A stretch of DNA of 63,043 nucleotides, filler included. It is 4 parts of 4 records of this genome, joined end to end, with 100 filler letters (N's around TTAATTAATTAA, not from the genome) between each part and the next. Parts side by side here need not be neighbours in the genome. Positions count along the whole stretch, not along the records: positions 19,875 to 51,002 come from DRR378314_91; positions 51,103 to 57,086 come from DRR378314_93; positions 57,187 to 63,043 come from DRR378314_105; 1 more part is not named here. One strand, given 5' to 3'. This document shows, piece after piece, positions 49,936 through 63,043 of the stretch; the stretch's first letter is position 1; every line of letters starts with the position of its first letter. Position numbers and translations under genes: made by a program. The notes under the pieces were generated by a model. It was given only the letters and a program-made list of their open reading frames with translations, had not been told where the DNA came from and made no database searches.

Positions 49936-50955
49936 CTACTTCAGGTCCAACGCTTTGCTCAAATCGTAAAAATAGAAGTTCTTTTCGTCGTTCATTGCAG
50001 CAAAAAGCCCATTGGGAAAGGTATCGTTCAATGGCACGGTGACTACATCACAACCATCCGTTTCCAAGGTTGATAGGTTTACGGCTTTTATGAAGCTATT
50101 GTCCTTTCTGGAAAAAATATTGAACTGACCTCGCTGTTGGTCGGATACAATAATGTAACCTTCTCCATTGGGATATCTGGCAATGGCTATGCCCTCGATA
50201 TCCTCCAAAAACTTATCTCCACCAAAACAGGCCAACTCCTTGTTGCCCATACTGGGTTCCGCATGGTACTTTTTCACGCATTCCCCTTCATCGGAATAAT
50301 ACACGTAGCTCATTTCGTTGTCCACGGCAATGGCCTCGATTTCTTTTCCGCCCGTAAAGCTTCCGAATTTACGCACCAAATTGGCGGAAACTCCTGTGCT
50401 GTCGGATTCAAATTTATATTGATACAAATAAGAACCGCTTGGGCCTATCTTTCTACCGACAATGGCATACACCGATGAATCTTTTGGAGATTTATACAGG
50501 CTAATGCCCATGGCCAAACGTTGTTCCAAGTCGCTTTCATCTTCAAAAACGGGAAAACCTCCACCATCGAGCGGTTTCATATCGGGAACGGAGAACAATC
50601 TGATCTGTTGTTTTTCCCTTTCTGTAAAAGCGATTACATCCACGGCAACGGAATCGTTCAACTGAAAACCATATTCCAAATCCACATTGTTGGGTCTTTG
50701 AATATTTTTGATGGATTTTTCCTCTATGATTTTACCTTCCAAATCAAAGGCATAAATACCACCATTGGTCTCCTTATCGGTTCCGAAGACAATACTTTTT
50801 GATGCATCCTTTGGATTGATCCAAATAGCAGGGTCGTCGGTATCGTTCGGTGTTTTTTCTGTAATAACGTCCGGTGCTATTGCTGGGAGATTGCTCCCAT
50901 GTTTGCAGGAAACAATGGCCAGAAAGGTTAGAATTGTAATATATCTGCTAATCAT
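49936..50955 (-). CDS. Beta-propeller phytase (lipoprotein)
   Basis: Lipobox AIVSC; DDPAIWI, GTDK, NNVD, DIEG, ETDG. Confidence 0.9.
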   Translation of the reverse strand: MISRYITILTFLAIVSCKHGSNLPAIAPDVITEKTPNDTDDPAIWINPKDASKSIVFGTDKETNGGIYAFDLEGKIIEEKSIKNIQRPNNVDLEYGFQLNDSVAVDVIAFTEREKQQIRLFSVPDMKPLDGGGFPVFEDESDLEQRLAMGISLYKSPKDSSVYAIVGRKIGPSGSYLYQYKFESDSTGVSANLVRKFGSFTGGKEIEAIAVDNEMSYVYYSDEGECVKKYHAEPSMGNKELACFGGDKFLEDIEGIAIARYPNGEGYIIVSDQQRGQFNIFSRKDNSFIKAVNLSTLETDGCDVVTVPLNDTFPNGLFAAMNDEKNFYFYDLSKALDLK

Positions 50956-50976
50956 TATGGTATATATCTATAAAAT

Positions 50977-51000
50977 GTCAGTTCGAGCGCAGTCGAGAAC
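50977..51000 (+). repeat. GTCA-footed palindrome at the contig end
   Basis: gtcagttcgagcgcagtcgagaac, the exact reverse complement of 6913-6936. Confidence 0.85.
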
Positions 51001-51002
51001 AG

Positions 51003-51102
51003 NNNNNNNNNNNNNNNNNNNNNNNNNNNNNNNNNNNNNNNNNNNNTTAATTAATTAANNNNNNNNNNNNNNNNNNNNNNNNNNNNNNNNNNNNNNNNNN
51101 NN
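51003..51102. other. Artificial contig linker
   Basis: N run with TTAATTAATTAA. Confidence 0.99.
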
Positions 51103-51223
51103 CATAACCCTAGTAAAGTATAATTCATTTGTAGTACAATGAGACTAGAAAAGATTTCTATTCTCACCCTAAACAAGTGATATTGAAATACTTTTATTAT
51201 AATAGGAGGGTCACAGCACTGTA
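51103..51223 (-). mobile_element. Possible Tc1/mariner-like transposon end
   Basis: AT-rich block that switches abruptly to GC-rich DNA at TA|CAGTGCTG (minus strand); the contig breaks inside it. Confidence 0.45.
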
Positions 51224-51387
51224 CCCCCCGGATGCGGCAAGGCCTGGCTATGCTGTTTCTGGTAGTAGGTTGGCGAAGCATGTTGGCGCAAAGACGAGCT
51301 TGCGCGGTAGCTGACTCGCCTTTTCGACAGCCCGAGGTGCAGTGTCCACTCGGGCCAGGAGAGAGGCTCACGCGCAGTACAGCAACC

Positions 51388-55051
<3,664 letters not shown>

Positions 55052-55409
55052 CGGGGGCGTTCCTGAACGGAGCCGCGCCCGCTCAGTGCGGGGTGGTGGC
55101 CGGCAAGCGCTACGCGATGGCTGTGCGGACTGCAAAACATGTGGGATTTCGGGTCTGGAGCATTGTCGTGTCAGGGCAGCGGGATTTTGCGCGCGCGCAA
55201 TATTCCGATTGTTCTGGTTTTGTGACACCTCGTTCTAGCGTTGCCAGTTCCGCAGGCCTCGTCAGTGCGCGAGCGCGCCATGTTTTACTAGCAATCGCGT
55301 GTGCCGCTGCGGTGCTGCTGCTACCTGCGTCTCTTGGATTTCTGCGCTACGGTATTATGCCCTTGGTCGACGTGCCGTTGGTGTGTGTTGCTTGCCGCTC
55401 TCGCATGCG

Positions 55410-55447
55410 TATGTGTTTGTGCGTGTGTGTGTGTGTATGCGTATGTG
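55410..55447. repeat. (GT)n-rich microsatellite downstream of PP1
   Basis: tatgtgtttgtgcgtgtgtgtgtgtgtatgcgtatgtg. Confidence 0.7.
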
Positions 55448-57086
55448 GTGGCACTGCGGGCTCGGTATGCAACTATCCGTCGCGCCGCGCCGTCGCGTGC
55501 CGCTGATGTTCCTGTGTTTGTCGTGTACCGGGAACCGGCGGGCTGCGTATGCGGTGTGCGACGGCAGGAGGCCAGAAGCGTCAGGAGTGTACAATGGTGC
55601 AGCGGGCCGTTCGCGACTGCGCCGAGCAGGGTTGTTCTACGGGGCGCAGCGGGCGCCTTTCTTTTTTCTTGGGTTGTGTGCGCAGCTCGGCGGATGAAGC
55701 GCGGAGCGCTTCTGAGCATGTGCTGCAGGGTACCGATGTTTCGGTTCGGTTTCTCGTCGTCTTTCGTGGCTGGCCAACGACATCGTGGTCGTGCGCGCGT
55801 GGCAGCGAAAGATTCTTTTCCCTCTTCTTCTTTCCTTTCATCGCTTTTCTTTCTTTCCTTCATCTTTTTCCACCACACGGAAGGGATCGCGTGGGTGAGC
55901 GTGCGCGCAGGCGCGCTCGTTGCGGCAGTGAGCGGCGAGCTCTTGCGCTCTGGTGTCGCGTCTCTGCGTGGGATCGATCTACGTGGACGCTTATATGGAG
56001 AATAGACGCCTCTGGCGCTCGTGTCAAGGGCGCGCGCGGGGGCGGACATTCTGTGCGGAGGCGTCGCTCGTCTATGTGCATCTCGCGCTGCGCATCGCTC
56101 GCCTCGTTGGCGCGCCGTAGGGCGCCGTGCCTCGCCAGGTGTTCGGTTTGTGCGGAGACGGCGACGGAGCGAGTTTGTCCTGTTGAAAGGATCGGCGATC
56201 GTGTCCTTTTTGTTTTGTATCATATGCGCACCAATGCGGTGTTCCAGATGTGGTGTGCCGTGGGTTGGCTCGCTTTGTGTCCTCCTTGCGTGCCTTCGAC
56301 CCCCCCTCCCACACCCCCCCGTGGGCGGCCTTCAGGGTTTTGGCGACGCAGATCGTGCACGCGCGAGCAGCCTCGTCGGCAAGCCGCACTGGACGTTGCT
56401 GCAAAGTCGTCAGTGACGGAGTTGTGCACGCGCGGACTCTCTGGGCTCTCCACGTGTCCTCGCGTGCACGCTCTGTTCTTCTTCCTCGCCCCTATCTCTT
56501 TCCGTTGCTATCTCCGTGGCGCTGGCCCCCACCGTTCTGGTGTTGGCTGGCAGCGCGCGCGCTGGCGTCCGTGCGTGTGCAGTTCGCAAAGTGCGCATTC
56601 TCTCCTCTTTTCTTCGTGTTGAAACCACCCTGCGATGTGCTGGATGTCCCTTTGTGTCTCGTTCTTGCCGAGCTGTGGCTTTTGCCCTGTCTGCTGTCAC
56701 AGGCTTATGAAGCGTGTCTCTCTCGTGTGCGTTTGCGTGTCTGTTTGTGCGAGTGTCCAAATACGTGAAATACAAAGCATGCCTTTCCCGCCGCGGTGCG
56801 CCAAGTGCGCTGGAAAACGCTGTCGTTCGTGCGCCGCGCGCGTTTGAATCATGGATTTACACGCCAGTTCGCACTCGCGAAGCTGTGCAAGTGGGAAGCA
56901 TTTCTCCCAAGGGACGAAATTGCGCTGATCACGCTAGCGGCGGCGCATTTTCCGTGTAAGCCAGTCTGGCGGCGGCTCGTGGAATTCCGTGTCGTCCGTC
57001 GGCAGGGGAGCAGGATGCGCCGGATCTGCACGGAGCGCAGCGCGGAGCGGCGCGCAGCAGCGACCAGAGTGAGCGCGGCCGGAGCA

Positions 57087-57186
57087 NNNNNNNNNNNNNN
57101 NNNNNNNNNNNNNNNNNNNNNNNNNNNNNNTTAATTAATTAANNNNNNNNNNNNNNNNNNNNNNNNNNNNNNNNNNNNNNNNNNNN
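57087..57186. other. Artificial contig linker
   Basis: N run with TTAATTAATTAA. Confidence 0.99.
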
Positions 57187-57327
57187 CAGATAGAGACCGT
57201 TCATCAGGCGCAGCGGCTTGAACTCATCCTCGGTGAGGGCCCCGTCGATGCGGCGCTCCACCTGAGTGCGGAACTGGCGGTTGCGTTCGGCGAGGAAGGC
57301 GGAGTCGAAGTCGTTGTACTTATACAT
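57187..57327 (-). CDS. Nitrite/sulfite reductase, N-terminal fragment (truncated by the contig end)
   Basis: MYKYNDFDSAFLAERNRQFRTQVERR...EFKPLRLMNGLYL; context with DUF2849 and the siroheme methyltransferase. Confidence 0.85.
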
Positions 57328-57640
57328 CTGCAGTGGCCTCCAGTTTGGCTTCTTGCTTACCGTGGGCATAGTTCGAGGGGCCGGTGCGCCGGAACTCCTC
57401 GCGGAAATGGGTGGGCTCGGGGCCCTGCTCGCCGGGTTTGGCATCGGCGAGATAGGCGCCAACGGCGACCTGCGGCTGGCTCTGGGCTTCCAGCAGACGC
57501 AGCTGCGCCTCGGCCTCGTCGGTGATCAACTCGGCCGCCTGCAGCTCGCGGGTCCAGGTGTTGGCAGCGGTCAGGTAGATCACGTCGCCTTCGAGAAGAT
57601 CATTGGCGGTGACGACTTTGGGGGTGAATGCACGGGCCAT
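57320..57640 (-). CDS. DUF2849 protein
   Basis: VVTANDLLEGDVIYL...HFREEFRRTGPS. Confidence 0.85.
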   Translation of the reverse strand: MARAFTPKVVTANDLLEGDVIYLTAANTWTRELQAAELITDEAEAQLRLLEAQSQPQVAVGAYLADAKPGEQGPEPTHFREEFRRTGPSNYAHGKQEAKLEATADV

Positions 57641-58461
57641 CAGGCAAGCTCCATCTGAATTTTGTCGTGGGCGGCAGCGACGGCAACGCGCGGCGCCAGC
57701 CCGAGGAAGGTGAGTGCCGGACCAGCAAAGGCGGCGGTGGCCAGATCGGCGGGCAATGTGTCAAGGGTGGTGGCCAGCACGCGCTGATCGGCGCGCGACG
57801 CGTTCTCCACCACGGTCACGGCCATGTCGCGGTCGGCCCCATGCATCAGCAGGCGGCCCTGCACGAAGCGCGCGGACTTCTTGCCCATGTAGACGGCCGC
57901 CACCTCGCCGGAGCGCGCCAGCTGCGCCCAGTCGTGATCGGCAAAGCCCTTCATGTCGTGCCCGGTCAGGAACCGCACCGAGGAATTGCGCCCGCGCTGT
58001 GTCAGGCTCTGACCTATGGCGGCCACGGCGGCAGAGGCGGCGGTGATGCCCGGCAGGATCTGCGCGTCGATACCGGCGGCTTCGCAGGCGGTGAGTTCTT
58101 CGTCGAGGCGGCCAAAGATCGTCGGGTCGCCGGATTTCAACCGCAGCACCTTGCGGCCGCGTTGGGCGTGATGTACCAGCCGCGCGCAGATGTCTTCCTG
58201 CGCCATCGACGGGCCAAAGCCCTCCTTGCCGACATCCTCGAGGATGGCACCGTCATGCGCCAGCGCCATGATCTCGGCACTGACCAGCCGGTCATACAGA
58301 ATCACATCCGCCTCGCGCAGTGCCTTCAGCACCTTGAGGGTCAGCAGATCGGGATCGCCCGGCCCGGAGCCCGCAAAGGCCACCACGCCGGGACACATCA
58401 CGCCCATGGCTCCCGCGAGGGGCGGCAGGGGGGCGGGGATATGGCGTGTGTCGCGCGGCAT
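57640..58461 (-). CDS. cobA: Uroporphyrinogen-III C-methyltransferase (CysG/CobA methyltransferase domain)
   Basis: GSGPGDPDLLT, YDRLV, RLKSGDP, PGITAA; start uncertain. Confidence 0.9.
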   Translation of the reverse strand: MPRDTRHIPAPLPPLAGAMGVMCPGVVAFAGSGPGDPDLLTLKVLKALREADVILYDRLVSAEIMALAHDGAILEDVGKEGFGPSMAQEDICARLVHHAQRGRKVLRLKSGDPTIFGRLDEELTACEAAGIDAQILPGITAASAAVAAIGQSLTQRGRNSSVRFLTGHDMKGFADHDWAQLARSGEVAAVYMGKKSARFVQGRLLMHGADRDMAVTVVENASRADQRVLATTLDTLPADLATAAFAGPALTFLGLAPRVAVAAAHDKIQMELA

Positions 58462-58606
58462 TGGTCTATCCGTTCCTGTGTTTGACTTGTGACTAGATAT
58501 AGGAAATATTCCCACCTGACCGCTATATGCGCGGGAGAATAAGGACACATGTCCCGCTGCCCGGAGGGCCAAGGTCCGGACGTCCTCAACTTGGGAGAAA
58601 TTTGGA

Positions 58607-59086
58607 ATGACTGTGCGGATCGACGCCACGGACCGGAAAATTCTGGCGGAACTGCAGCGCGATGCAGGCCAATCTCTGGACGAAATTGCCAAGCAAGTGG
58701 GCAGTTCCAAGACCCCTGTGTGGAATCGCATCCGCAAATTGCGCGAGGCCGGGGTGGTGGGAAACCAGACCATGATCCTCGATGCCGAGGCGCTGGGGTT
58801 CGAGGCCTGTTTCTTCGTGCTGATCCGCACCTCGGAGCATGAGGCCGACTGGCAGGCGAGTTTTCTCAAGGCCCTGCAGGAACGCCCGGAAGTGCAGGAG
58901 GCCCACCGGCTGGCAGGCGATATCGACTATATCCTGAAAGTGCGGGTGAAGAACGCGCGCGCCTACGACAAGTTCTATCAAGCGCTGATCTCCGAGGTGC
59001 GGGTGCATAATGTCACCGCGCTGTTGTCGATGGAGGAGATCAAATCCACCACCCATTTGCCGCTGGAGCAGATCCGGGTGGACTGA
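58607..59086 (+). CDS. Lrp/AsnC-family regulator, divergent from the sulfur assimilation genes
   Basis: IDATDRKILAELQRD, WNRIRKL, HRLAGDIDY. Confidence 0.92.
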   Translation: MTVRIDATDRKILAELQRDAGQSLDEIAKQVGSSKTPVWNRIRKLREAGVVGNQTMILDAEALGFEACFFVLIRTSEHEADWQASFLKALQERPEVQEAHRLAGDIDYILKVRVKNARAYDKFYQALISEVRVHNVTALLSMEEIKSTTHLPLEQIRVD

Positions 59087-59160
59087 CTTTGGGGCGGACT
59101 GACCGCGCGGCGGACTGACCTTGGCCTAGTCTGACCTTGGCCTGGTCTGACCTTGGGCTA
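59081..59160 (+). repeat. Five 16-bp tandem repeats
   Basis: G(A/T)CTGACYnnGnnnnn x5, starting in the last codons of the Lrp gene. Confidence 0.85.
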
Positions 59161-59207
59161 GGGGGACAGCGGCCATGGATCTGGCGGCTGTCACCTCCGC
59201 AGGCCGA

Positions 59208-59489
59208 TCACAGCGGCGGGCGCAGCATCAGGTGCCGCCCGTCGTCCAGCTGCCAGGGCGATATGGCGTCCACTTGGTCCGTGGACCGAATGCCAATGTC
59301 GGCCAGCAGATGTGGTGAGGTCTCGGCCAGTCGCTGCAGCACGTCATGCGGCACCTGCACCCCGGTGTCGCCAGCTGCGGGAACAGGCATAGTTTTCCTG
59401 ATGCGGATAGCGCGTAAAATCCAATCCAGAACCGGCTGCGCGCGTACGGACAGCGGCTGCGCTGCGTCTTTTTTCAGTAAATCCATCAT
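59208..59489 (-). CDS. Small DUF1127-like protein
   Basis: LQRLAETSPHLLADIGIR resembles the DUF1127 L..h.L.DIG motif; divergent from LysR. Confidence 0.55.
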   Translation of the reverse strand: MMDLLKKDAAQPLSVRAQPVLDWILRAIRIRKTMPVPAAGDTGVQVPHDVLQRLAETSPHLLADIGIRSTDQVDAISPWQLDDGRHLMLRPPL

Positions 59490-59594
59490 GCCATGACCTC
59501 CGTTTCCTGCCTCAGAGATAGGGGGCGAGGGGGCTTGCGCGCAAACCAGTTAAATTCCACTGTAGGGTTAGGAAAACTGATCCATGGTGATGTG

Positions 59595-60503
59595 ATGCGT
59601 CTGCCGCCCCTCAATGCCCTGCGCGCCTTCGAGGCCGCCGCCCGCCACGAGGGCTTCATCGCCGCGGCGGCGGAGCTGTTTGTGACCCGCGGCGCGATCA
59701 GCCGTCAGGTGAAGATCCTGGAGGATCATCTGGGCGTTCAGCTTTTTCATCGTCACACGCGTGGGGTGGCGCTGACCACAGCGGGGCGGCGGCTTTATCC
59801 GGTGCTGACGCAGGCCTTTGCGATGATGATGCAGGAGGTGGAGCAGATCGCGGCGGATGCGGCAGAGCTGCGGGTGATCTGCCCGCCGACCCTGTCGATC
59901 CGCTGGCTGCTGCCGCGGTTGGAGCAGTTCCGCGCGGCCCATCCGGAGATCAAGTTGCGGCTGACCACCGATTTCTACAGCAACAAGGGGTTCGAGGCTT
60001 CGGAATATGATCTTGGCATCTCTTTGCAGAACCGCCCGGGACGGCCCGAGGACATCGAGGTGCTGCCCTTGTTCGAGATGATCCTTGCGCCAGCCTGCGC
60101 GCCGTCGCTGCTGCCGGAACTGGCCGGGGGGCCCGAGGCGCTGGCGCAGCACCGCCTGCTGCATGAAAGCCCGCGCCGCCGCGACTGGCCCACATGGGTG
60201 CAGCATTTCGGTGTGGAGCGGGTGGATGCGGTCAGCGGCGAGGTGTTTCCCAACCTCGACATGGCCACGCGTGCGGCGGTACTGGGGGCCGGTGTGGTGA
60301 TGGCGGATCTGGTGCTGTGCCAGGATGAACTGGCGCGCGGCGATCTGGTGCTGCCCTTCCCCGGGATGACCTGCGGCACGCCGGATGGGGCTTATGCGCT
60401 GATCGGCGAGCGGCAGAAATGGCACGACCCCAAGGTCGCCGCCTTTCGCGACTGGCTGATGGAGGGGCCTTGCCGGGCGGCGCTTTCGGCTCTGCCGGCG
60501 TGA
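59595..60503 (+). CDS. LysR-family regulator (GcvA-like)
   Basis: MRLPPLNALRAFEAAARH...ISRQVKILEDHLG; WLLPRL. Confidence 0.93.
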   Translation: MRLPPLNALRAFEAAARHEGFIAAAAELFVTRGAISRQVKILEDHLGVQLFHRHTRGVALTTAGRRLYPVLTQAFAMMMQEVEQIAADAAELRVICPPTLSIRWLLPRLEQFRAAHPEIKLRLTTDFYSNKGFEASEYDLGISLQNRPGRPEDIEVLPLFEMILAPACAPSLLPELAGGPEALAQHRLLHESPRRRDWPTWVQHFGVERVDAVSGEVFPNLDMATRAAVLGAGVVMADLVLCQDELARGDLVLPFPGMTCGTPDGAYALIGERQKWHDPKVAAFRDWLMEGPCRAALSALPA

Positions 60504-60519
60504 CGGAACGCAGGCTGCG

Positions 60520-60677
60520 GAGAAGGGGGGGGGCGCTGCCCCCTCGGCGCGGATGCGCCTCACCCCCGGGATATTTGACAGAAGATGAAAGAGAAGCGCC
60601 GCGCCAGCGGCGCAGGGCCCAACCACGCAAGGGGATCTGTGATCCCTGCCGCGCGGGCGGGAGCGCCCCCCCCACAC
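60520..60677. repeat. GC-rich palindromic intergenic element(s) between convergent genes
   Basis: gggggcgctgccccc, cccccgggatatttg, gcgccgcgccagcggcgc, gggatctgtgatccc. Confidence 0.55.
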
Positions 60678-60681
60678 ATTG

Positions 60682-61869
60682 TCAGTTGCGGGTGACCAGA
60701 AGTTGGGTCAGCCCGTGAAAATGGTAGCTGTTGGAAAACACCGGCTCTGCCGCCAGTTTCAGATCCGGGCAGCGGGCAAAGAGGATCGGTAGGGCGATCT
60801 CCATCTCCATCCGTGCCAGCGGCGCGCCGACGCAGAAATGCAGCCCCCCGCCAAAGCTCTTGTTCACCTTGGCCGGGCGGGTCGGGTCGAACTGATCGGC
60901 ACCCTCCAGCGCCTCCGGGTCGCGGTTGGCGGCCGCCAGCATCAAGGCCACCTGATCGCCGCGCCGGAAGGCATGGCCGAAGATCTCGGCCTCCTCATAG
61001 GCGTAGCGGGTGAACATATGCAGCGGCGGGTCATAGCGCAGGATTTCCTCCACCAGTCCGGTGATGCCCTCGGGCGCCAGCCAGTCGGGCTGCCAGCCCT
61101 GGCGCAGCATGGTCTTCACCCCGTTGCCCAGCGAATGCACCGTGGCCTCATGCCCGGCGTTCAGCAGCAGGATGCAGGTACCGATCAGCTCATCCGTGGT
61201 GAGGCTCTCGCCACCCTCTTCCGCCTGGATCAGGCGGGTGATCAGATCCTCGCCCGGGGTGTTGCGGCGCTGCTCTACGTAAACGCGTAGGAAGTCCATG
61301 AACTCCTGGCTGGCGCGGGCGGCGGCGTGTTCGGTCTCGGGCGTTTTGGAGGCCTGATACATCGCCACCATCTTGTGCGACCAGTCCAGAAGCTGCGGCG
61401 CCATCTCCTCCGGCACCCCCAGCAGGCGGCAGATCGCGATCACCGGCACCTGGGTGCAATAGGCGGTCAGCAGGTCAAACGGCGCGTCCTGCGGAAAGGC
61501 GTCGATCAGCTCGTGACACAGCGTTTCCAGCCCCGGCGCCAGCGCCTTGATCTCGCGGCTGGTGAAGGCGCGCATCACCAGTTTGCGCAGGCGGGTGTGG
61601 CGCGGGGGCTCTGCATCCAGCATCGAATGCGCCTCCACCGCCAGGAAGGGCGCCAGATGCGCTGGCCCCTCGTTGGCCATCTCGGCCGGGATCTCGCGGC
61701 CAAAGCGGCGGTCGCGCAGCAGCATATGCACCGCGTCATGGCTGAAGGCCGCAGCCATCTTGTAGTCCTGCCAATAGCCGAGTTTGCCACTGGCGCGCGC
61801 GGCGTCATAGAACGGGTAGGGGTCCTGGACAAAGTCCGGCTCGGTCGGGGATTGGGTCAGTGTCTTCAT
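60682..61869 (-). CDS. Cytochrome P450
   Basis: AGHEAT I-helix, EEILR, FGGGLHFCVG heme motif. Confidence 0.96.
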   Translation of the reverse strand: MKTLTQSPTEPDFVQDPYPFYDAARASGKLGYWQDYKMAAAFSHDAVHMLLRDRRFGREIPAEMANEGPAHLAPFLAVEAHSMLDAEPPRHTRLRKLVMRAFTSREIKALAPGLETLCHELIDAFPQDAPFDLLTAYCTQVPVIAICRLLGVPEEMAPQLLDWSHKMVAMYQASKTPETEHAAARASQEFMDFLRVYVEQRRNTPGEDLITRLIQAEEGGESLTTDELIGTCILLLNAGHEATVHSLGNGVKTMLRQGWQPDWLAPEGITGLVEEILRYDPPLHMFTRYAYEEAEIFGHAFRRGDQVALMLAAANRDPEALEGADQFDPTRPAKVNKSFGGGLHFCVGAPLARMEMEIALPILFARCPDLKLAAEPVFSNSYHFHGLTQLLVTRN

Positions 61870-61930
61870 GGATATAGCTTTTTGCCGAGGTCTCTGGTCT
61901 TGGCAAGGGGGGCTTTGCTATTGTGGCGCA

Positions 61931-63043
61931 ATGTTGGACACCCGCCACCCCCGCCTTGCTCTTATTTTCGGCGTCGCCTGTGCCATCGCTGTGCTGTCTG
62001 TGGCGGTCTGGTCCTCGGGCTATCGGCAGGCGCTGACCGCCCTGGCGGAGCGCAGCGCCTCGGATCTGGCGCTGGCCTCGGACCGGGTTAGCACCCAGTT
62101 GCAGATCTTTCGCGAACAGGCGGTGCTGGTGGTGACCCACCCGGCGCTGCGGCGCCTGGATGAACCCGTGGGGCGCCGTGCGGCAGAAGTGTTGTTGCGC
62201 GGCGTCGCCGACAAGACCGGGGCGCTGGATGTGTTCTATGCCGATGCCCGGGGTCAGGTTCTGGCCGCCGCGGAAGGGGTGGCGGGGCGCAACGTCTCGG
62301 ACAAGCGCTATTTCCGCCGCGCGATGCAAGGCGCCATGGGAGCGGAGCCGATGGTGCTGCCCGAGGGCGACCGCAGAGCCTATTTCTTTGCCGCGCCTGA
62401 TTTCGGACCCGATGGACAGGTGCGGGGCTCGCTGGTGGTTGTGGCCGATGTCGAAGTGGTCGAACAGACTTGGCGCGGCTCATTGCCTGCCGTTTACTTC
62501 ACCATTGAGGATGGTCGGGTCTTTATGTCGAACCGGTTTGAACTGCTGCTTTGGCAGTTGGATGACGACAATACCGGGCTGATGATCGCCGATGGCGGGG
62601 ATCTGCCGCTGATCGTGAGCCATGTGGGCGAGCATGAGATCTGGCATCAGGACTGGAGCCCGTATCTGCCAAGCGAGGCGCTGCATCTGGCGATTGACCT
62701 GCCGGCGATCGGAATGCGGGGCGAGATCCTTGTCGATGTGACACCAGCGCAGCGTATTGCCCTCCTGCAGACACTGGCGATGGCGGCGGTCTGCCTTGCC
62801 TTTGGTACCATCCTGTTCCTGGTGGCTGAGCGTCGCCGGACCCTTGCCGAGGCCAATGCGGCACTGGAGGTGCGGGTCGACACCCGTACCCGCGACCTCT
62901 CCGAGGCAAACCAGTTGCTGCGTCGCGAGGTGCGCGAACGCAGAGAGGCCGAAGCGGCGCTGAAACAGGCGCAGGCGGAGCTGGTGCAGGCTGACAAACT
63001 GTCGGCCCTCGGGCAGATGTCGGCGGGCATCAGTCACGAGTTG
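61931..63043 (+). CDS. DctB-like sensor histidine kinase (partial, runs off the window end)
   Basis: Manually read frame MLDTRHPRLALIFGV..., second TM, coiled coil and H-box ELVQADKLSALGQMSAGISHEL. Confidence 0.85.
   Translation, partial: MLDTRHPRLALIFGVACAIAVLSVAVWSSGYRQALTALAERSASDLALASDRVSTQLQIFREQAVLVVTHPALRRLDEPVGRRAAEVLLRGVADKTGALDVFYADARGQVLAAAEGVAGRNVSDKRYFRRAMQGAMGAEPMVLPEGDRRAYFFAAPDFGPDGQVRGSLVVVADVEVVEQTWRGSLPAVYFTIEDGRVFMSNRFELLLWQLDDDNTGLMIADGGDLPLIVSHVGEHEIWHQDWSPYLPSEALHLAIDLPAIGMRGEILVDVTPAQRIALLQTLAMAAVCLAFGTILFLVAERRRTLAEANAALEVRVDTRTRDLSEANQLLRREVRERREAEAALKQAQAELVQADKLSALGQMSAGISHEL

Noticed and set aside
51103-51175. taaccct / ccctaaa as a telomere
   Set aside because: Isolated, non-tandem matches
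55052-57086. Long ORFs (300-357 aa) downstream of PP1
   Set aside because: GC-rich non-coding sequence giving Arg/Cys/Ala-biased overlapping ORFs with no motifs
58462-58869. N-terminal extension of the 409-aa methyltransferase ORF
   Set aside because: Overlaps the divergent Lrp gene and promoter; the true start is downstream

Overview
The window is not one genome. It is four contigs joined by three 100-nt N/TTAATTAATTAA linkers. Contigs 1 (1-19774) and 2 (19875-51002) are from a marine Flavobacteriaceae (Muricauda/Flagellimonas-like; inferred from gene content and TAnnTTTG promoters). They carry mostly housekeeping genes (uvrA, nth, bcp, leuS, ftsX, uppP, truB, tag, aat, greA, ahcY), a TetR-ABC-HlyD-TolC operon, a thiamine/vitamin uptake locus with a TPP-class riboswitch, and two surface adhesins. 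Contig 3 (51103-57086) is eukaryotic: a complete 4-exon protein phosphatase 1 gene next to a Tc1/mariner-like end. Contig 4 (57187-63043) is a GC-rich Rhodobacteraceae-like fragment (sulfite reductase start, DUF2849, siroheme methyltransferase, Lrp, DUF1127-like protein, LysR, P450, DctB-like kinase). The most unusual signals are small repeats in the flavobacterial DNA. (i) GTCA-footed palindromes and an inverted 7-mer array sit in frame inside the essential leuS gene. (ii) An ordered concatemer of about ten different 6-8-mer repeat families brackets a GC-rich BspA/DUF285 lipoprotein gene as direct repeats, like a cassette. (iii) The same triple 9-bp repeat with a 21-bp period lies upstream of both adhesin genes. 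(iv) The TPP-class riboswitch has an altered pyrophosphate-sensing junction. All calls come from reading the sequence and recalled family motifs; no database searches were run.
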